The notes below the pieces were generated by a model. The model was not told where the DNA came from. It saw nothing but the letters and a program-made list of their open reading frames with translations, and did not search any database. 20,000 nt of DNA from an uncultured virus (IMG/VR IMGVR_UViG_3300025141_000064) (lineage: Duplodnaviria; Heunggongvirae; Uroviricota; Caudoviricetes). The DNA lies in the IMG/VR virus record IMGVR_UViG_3300025141_000064; one strand, given 5' to 3'. Positions 16,395 through 20,000 of the stretch are shown here, piece by piece (the stretch's first letter is position 1; the number at the start of each line of letters is the position of its first letter). Position numbers and translations under genes: made by a program.

Positions 16395-17077
16395 TTCAAT
16401 CGTGTTATGTAATACTTACCTATCCATTCGGTGTAGGCGGGCGGGATACATTCCTTTAATCCATCAAAATTCATCCAGTCAATGCCGTATGCCAGCGGTG
16501 CATTTTTCACGGTCTTAGGTTTCATTCCAAGTTTTTTCCTTAGTTCTCTGCTTGCCTTACTTGCAGTTGTTACTAACAAAGGTAGTTTACTGTGGTCGCA
16601 TTTCATTTTTACTTCTAAGGCAAAAGAAGTTTCAAAGAACCTGTGCCGCTGGCATCGCAAGTTGAACATTGTGCCACAAAGCATAATTGGGTTTTTTAGT
16701 TCGTGCTTTGCTCCCGCCACATTTTCAATAATGTACGGCTTGCTTATACGTTTGAGCAAAACACGCAATTTATCAATTAACTTTTCGTGGTTGTCTTTAT
16801 GGTGTTTTGGTGTCAAGTGGCTATATCCTTGGCATGGTGGGCTTGCGTGTATTACATCAAACTCATGTCCGTGCTTTTCAAGGTATTCGAGTGCGTCAGC
16901 TTGCACAAACTCAAAAGGGTATTTTGGTTGTGGCTCAATGTCAACCCCCACCACTTCAAATCCTGCATTTCTATAACCCATCCCAGCCCCGCCTTGGCAA
17001 CAAAAAAGGTCAAGGAGCCTAAACCGCCTTAATGATATAGGGTGAGCCTTACTTATTTCCAAATGTGTCCTTTTCAA
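16391..17077 (-). CDS. Compact DNA cytosine-5 methyltransferase
   Basis: Motif I LDLFCCQGGAG, motif IV HASPPCQ, motif VI IIENV, motif VIII RHRFF and C-terminal IPPAYTEWIG. TTG start. Confidence 0.88.
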   Translation of the reverse strand: MKRTHLEISKAHPISLRRFRLLDLFCCQGGAGMGYRNAGFEVVGVDIEPQPKYPFEFVQADALEYLEKHGHEFDVIHASPPCQGYSHLTPKHHKDNHEKLIDKLRVLLKRISKPYIIENVAGAKHELKNPIMLCGTMFNLRCQRHRFFETSFALEVKMKCDHSKLPLLVTTASKASRELRKKLGMKPKTVKNAPLAYGIDWMNFDGLKECIPPAYTEWIGKYYITRLK

Positions 17078-17303
17078 ACTTTTTCATTCCCTCGTTAAAC
17101 TTTGCCCGTAGTTGTTCAGCCTCTTCCGCTGTCATCTCAAGTCTAATAAATTTCCCTTTTTCTTTTGAGTAGATAGTAAACTGAACGTAATCTCCCCAAG
17201 AACAAGAACCTAAACTACCCGAAGGATTGCAATGAATGTTTACGGTTGCCGTGTCCATTTTCTTTGATCGCCTACCTGCGGTTAACCAATTTGATACTTT
17301 CAT
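17049..17303 (-). CDS. Hypothetical protein
   Basis: 84-aa ORF in the minus-strand run. Confidence 0.6.
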   Translation of the reverse strand: MKVSNWLTAGRRSKKMDTATVNIHCNPSGSLGSCSWGDYVQFTIYSKEKGKFIRLEMTAEEAEQLRAKFNEGMKKFEKDTFGNK

Positions 17304-17365
17304 GATCTATAGGTGTTATTCGTAAGCAATAATTACGAAGAAAATCCGAGCCGCCCCACGCGCGA

Positions 17366-17584
17366 TCACCGAAAACCCAGACCAACGCGAAGCGTTCGAT
17401 TTTTTTTGCCCCCTATCTCCACCGTTGCGCTATCGCTGGATTGTGCTTCTGACCTTTTATACTTCCCGTATAACTTAACACCGCACACAGGGCATACGAC
17501 CTTCGTGACCTGTCCATTGCGGAACCTATCTCGTTTCTTTTCCCAATGTGATCTGTGGAATAACTTGCAATACAACCTTTTCAT
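17366..17584 (-). CDS. Small Cys/His protein (DUF1660-like)
   Basis: MKRLYCKLFHRSHW...CPVCG; first gene after the promoter at 17612. Confidence 0.55.
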   Translation of the reverse strand: MKRLYCKLFHRSHWEKKRDRFRNGQVTKVVCPVCGVKLYGKYKRSEAQSSDSATVEIGGKKNRTLRVGLGFR

Positions 17585-17611
17585 GTGACCCTATTTAAGT
17601 TTTTACTACGA

Positions 17612-17619
17612 CAAATATA
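17612..17619 (-). promoter_or_regulatory. -7 element TATATTTG for the methyltransferase cluster
   Basis: TAnnTTTG match 27 nt upstream of ATG 17584. Confidence 0.6.
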
Positions 17620-17624
17620 TGCTT

Positions 17625-18430
17625 TTTTCTTATAGCAATAACCCAGATGCCGCTTTTAGACTTCTGGGCTATCGGTTTTTCCTATGAGATGTACCAGTAC
17701 CCTATGGTTCCTACCCACCCCCCACCTGCGCTGTAGTGCCATGCTTTGTGCTTAATTCCTGCTGAAAATCAATACCCCCTTTTCAAAACCACCCCCCCGT
17801 ATTCTGTGAGCCAACGAAGTATATTGTGATAGCGACCCCGCGCCAACGCGCGTAGGGATCGGTATGGGGCGGAACTGTCTCGTTTAGCGGTTGTAAGGGA
17901 TTGTTTGATCTTGCTTGCTGGGTGCAGTTTTTGGGTGCTTGTACGGCTATTCATCATAATGATATTTATGATCGTGGGTGCGCGCCTGTTTGTTTGTGCT
18001 TGTTTGTGCTGGCTGGCTCATCTGCTGGCGTGTCGTGGTGCTTCGGGTCTGTGCCGTTGCGTTGGTCGGCTCCTTTTATTGTGTGGCTGCAATACGTTAG
18101 GTGAAAGGAACCAGCGTTCTATGTGGCGGTCTTTGTGCTTGGTCGTGTTGTCCATCGTTGCGTGTGATTGGCTCCACCTGTAGTTGTAGGGGTCTAAATG
18201 CGGAAGAATTGCGGCTGATTAGGGTGCTGGACTGCTGCTGGCTGCGATATTCGGACGCTCGCTGGGTCTTTGTCCTGTCTACTCCCCCCATTTGTCGTTG
18301 TTCTTTCGCTCCTGTCCTTCTTGGTGTGCTGGCGTGCTTTGGTTTCCTGTCCTGTGGTCTGACCGAATCAACTATTGGAAACAGGAAACGCGGCTATTTG
18401 CCGCGCTCCATTGTCCTGTATTCTCTTAAT
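17625..18430. other. Long, apparently non-coding tract with C-runs followed by strong G/T skew
   Basis: No credible ORF. C-runs at 17714-17723, 17775-17779 and 17792-17798; the plus strand is A-poor from about 17880 to 18360. Confidence 0.55.
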
Positions 18431-18431
18431 T

Positions 18432-18755
18432 CTACGGGGACGCTTCCAACAAACAACTAAATAATACACAGGCACCATCGGTGGTTAGTTCACCAATATC
18501 GGTTGTCATTAGTTCGCCGTAGTCCTCTCCCAATCCGCCGCATTTTAACGTACCGCCCTGTTGTATTTCAAGAATGACGTATTCGACATAGAAGGAGTGC
18601 TTCGTTACAGTATAAATCCTTGGCATTTCGTATATCGAATCTTCGCCATCATTGTACTCTTTGTCTGTTATCAGAACCCTGCTCTTTGTTTTTAACTCTT
18701 CAAATAATTTACTGCTTTGTTCTTGTATTTTTTCTGCGCTATTCATCTTGCTCAT
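18432..18755 (-). CDS. Hypothetical protein
   Basis: 107 aa with leader CAATTAAAA-ATG. Confidence 0.7.
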   Translation of the reverse strand: MSKMNSAEKIQEQSSKLFEELKTKSRVLITDKEYNDGEDSIYEMPRIYTVTKHSFYVEYVILEIQQGGTLKCGGLGEDYGELMTTDIGELTTDGACVLFSCLLEASP

Positions 18756-18764
18756 TTTTAATTG

Positions 18765-19325
18765 TTAATAATCAGTATCGATAAAATACGGGCTTTCTAT
18801 GTCATCACCCTTATAGGCAATTATCTGTCTGTCAGGGAAGTCTTTCGTTGCATTATCGAAAGAAGCATATACATAATAACTCCACAATTTAACGCCATCG
18901 GGCGTGATTAAGGCGTCACCATCCCCAAAATCGGGCTGGAAATAAACGCCCGCAGCTTTGTTGGAGCCGCCGAGCAGACGAAGTACCTCTTGGCGCTGCT
19001 GCTGGGCGGTGATCTCGTCCTCCATTCGCTTGGTCTCGGTTGCGCTCTCATCGCCATAGTGGATGGATGCAAGGGTGGTAATCTTGTTGCTCATTGCCTT
19101 GTGTACTTCGTCTGCTTGGCGGCTCCTTAGTCGCTGGCTTTCGGTGTGATCTTGCTCTATAACGAGCGCAAGGGCTGCGGCTGCGAGTAACATCATCGCG
19201 GCAAGTGCCTGTAATACTTCGGGCATAGGTGCGGCAAAGTTCGCGAGCGCGAAGATCGCGAATAGCAACGTGATACGCTGGCGGTAAATGAAATTTTTGA
19301 TCTTGAATTTCTGTAGCTTTTTCAT
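18765..19325 (-). CDS. Membrane protein with two N-terminal hydrophobic helices
   Basis: ITLLFAIFALANFAA and VLQALAAMMLLAAAALALVI, followed by a soluble domain. Confidence 0.7.
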   Translation of the reverse strand: MKKLQKFKIKNFIYRQRITLLFAIFALANFAAPMPEVLQALAAMMLLAAAALALVIEQDHTESQRLRSRQADEVHKAMSNKITTLASIHYGDESATETKRMEDEITAQQQRQEVLRLLGGSNKAAGVYFQPDFGDGDALITPDGVKLWSYYVYASFDNATKDFPDRQIIAYKGDDIESPYFIDTDY

Positions 19326-19329
19326 GGTC

Positions 19330-19698
19330 TTATTTTTTGATGTGGTTAGTTATTCTACTGTTCATTTCGTGGTGTTTGAGACCTTGTTTCGTTTCATTTT
19401 CGGGCGCGGTCTCATGTCTGCCCTTGTTCACCAGCTTTCCAGCGCGTCCGTTGTTGTCCTTAAATCCAGCCCATGCAATTTCAAACTTTTTGCCGTTGTC
19501 GTCTACTATGTACGCGGTGAACTCACATTGATCGTCCTCGAAAGTTCGTTTTACTTCAATAGTCAATAGTTCATGGCTATTGCTGGCGCTGCTGCCGACA
19601 TTGATAGTAATAAGTTGTTTGTTTTGCGCGCTGGCGCTGGCGCTGGGTCTGCTGCCATTGTCGCGCTCGGTGTTGGTGTAAATTGCTGATGATCTCAT
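19330..19698 (-). CDS. Hypothetical protein
   Basis: 122 aa with A-rich leader AAAACAAAGAAAGC-ATG. Confidence 0.7.
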   Translation of the reverse strand: MRSSAIYTNTERDNGSRPSASASAQNKQLITINVGSSASNSHELLTIEVKRTFEDDQCEFTAYIVDDNGKKFEIAWAGFKDNNGRAGKLVNKGRHETAPENETKQGLKHHEMNSRITNHIKK

Positions 19699-19806
19699 GC
19701 TTTCTTTGTTTTAGGTGTTTGCCTTATGGCTCTACAATTATAGGTATTATCTTTTACATACGTGTTTTGCCCTGTATTGCATAGAAAGCGTCCAGACTAT
19801 CGGACA

Positions 19807-19842
19807 AGAGAAAGCCGACCTTGTACGGGTCGGCTCGTCTCA
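19807..19842 (-). terminator. Terminator-like hairpin
   Basis: AGCCGACC-CGTACAA-GGTCGGCT followed by TTCTCTT, just downstream of a stop at 19867. Confidence 0.6.
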
Positions 19843-19866
19843 TCTCATACGGTGGATGCGATTAGC

Positions 19867-19998
19867 TTACTTTGAAGGCGACCAATTCACAAACTTGCGC
19901 GCTTGCTGCGTGTTGTTAACCACTTGAAGGGCTACGTTTCCGCTCATCTCTAATAAGCTATCCGCGTTTATCTTGTACCAATAACTACCGATATTATC
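19867..19998 (-). CDS. 3' end of a gene entering from the right edge
   Basis: Open frame DNIGSYWYKINADSLLEMSGNVALQVVNNTQQARKFVNWSPSK*, followed by the hairpin. Confidence 0.5.
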   Translation of the reverse strand, partial: DNIGSYWYKINADSLLEMSGNVALQVVNNTQQARKFVNWSPSK

Positions 19999-20000
19999 AA

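Noticed and set aside
17030..17325. attC-like cassette boundaries around the 84-aa gene (TAACACCTATAG versus CTATATCATTA)
   Set aside because: Complementarity is only partial, there is no GTTRRRY core at the expected place, and no integrase is in the window.
645..17584. Stop-codon reassignment (TAG or TGA), as in some crAss-like phages
   Set aside because: Long genes are intact in the standard code, and TAA, TGA and TAG all end genes at tight junctions.
17901..18460. Cys/Leu/Val-rich plus-strand ORFs (17901, 17905, 18101)
   Set aside because: Their composition is explained by the GT skew, they run opposite to flanking genes, and they lack credible initiation regions.
19805..19850. Hammerhead ribozyme suggested by a GA-rich segment next to a stem
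   Set aside because: The CUGANGA and GAAA core elements are not present in the right order on either strand.

Overview
This window is part of a tailed dsDNA phage genome, very likely infecting a Bacteroidota host: TAnnTTTG promoters precede most transcription units, translation starts are A-rich and mostly lack Shine-Dalgarno sites, and a DUF3127 gene is present. The left part (1-8100, minus strand) is the head/packaging module. In transcription order it has a Cys-rich DUF6171-like protein, large terminase, a putative virion protein, a candidate small terminase, a P22/SU10-like portal, a scaffold and a truncated DUF5309-like major capsid protein that the ORF track misses. A roughly 450-nt structured non-coding region (8100-8550) with tandem terminator-like hairpins and internal complementarity separates this module from a divergent plus-strand cluster of small genes (HNH, GNAT, DUF3127 SSB-like, HTH; 8623-12412). 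Further right on the minus strand are three Lys-rich genes (two share a motif), an O-methyltransferase, two orphan DNA methyltransferases, an 800-nt skewed non-coding tract and small accessory genes. The most notable observations are the candidate antisense/attenuator RNA locus upstream of the terminase, apparently leaderless mRNAs for several genes, and near-total CCGG/CCWGG avoidance. All calls were made by eye without database searches.
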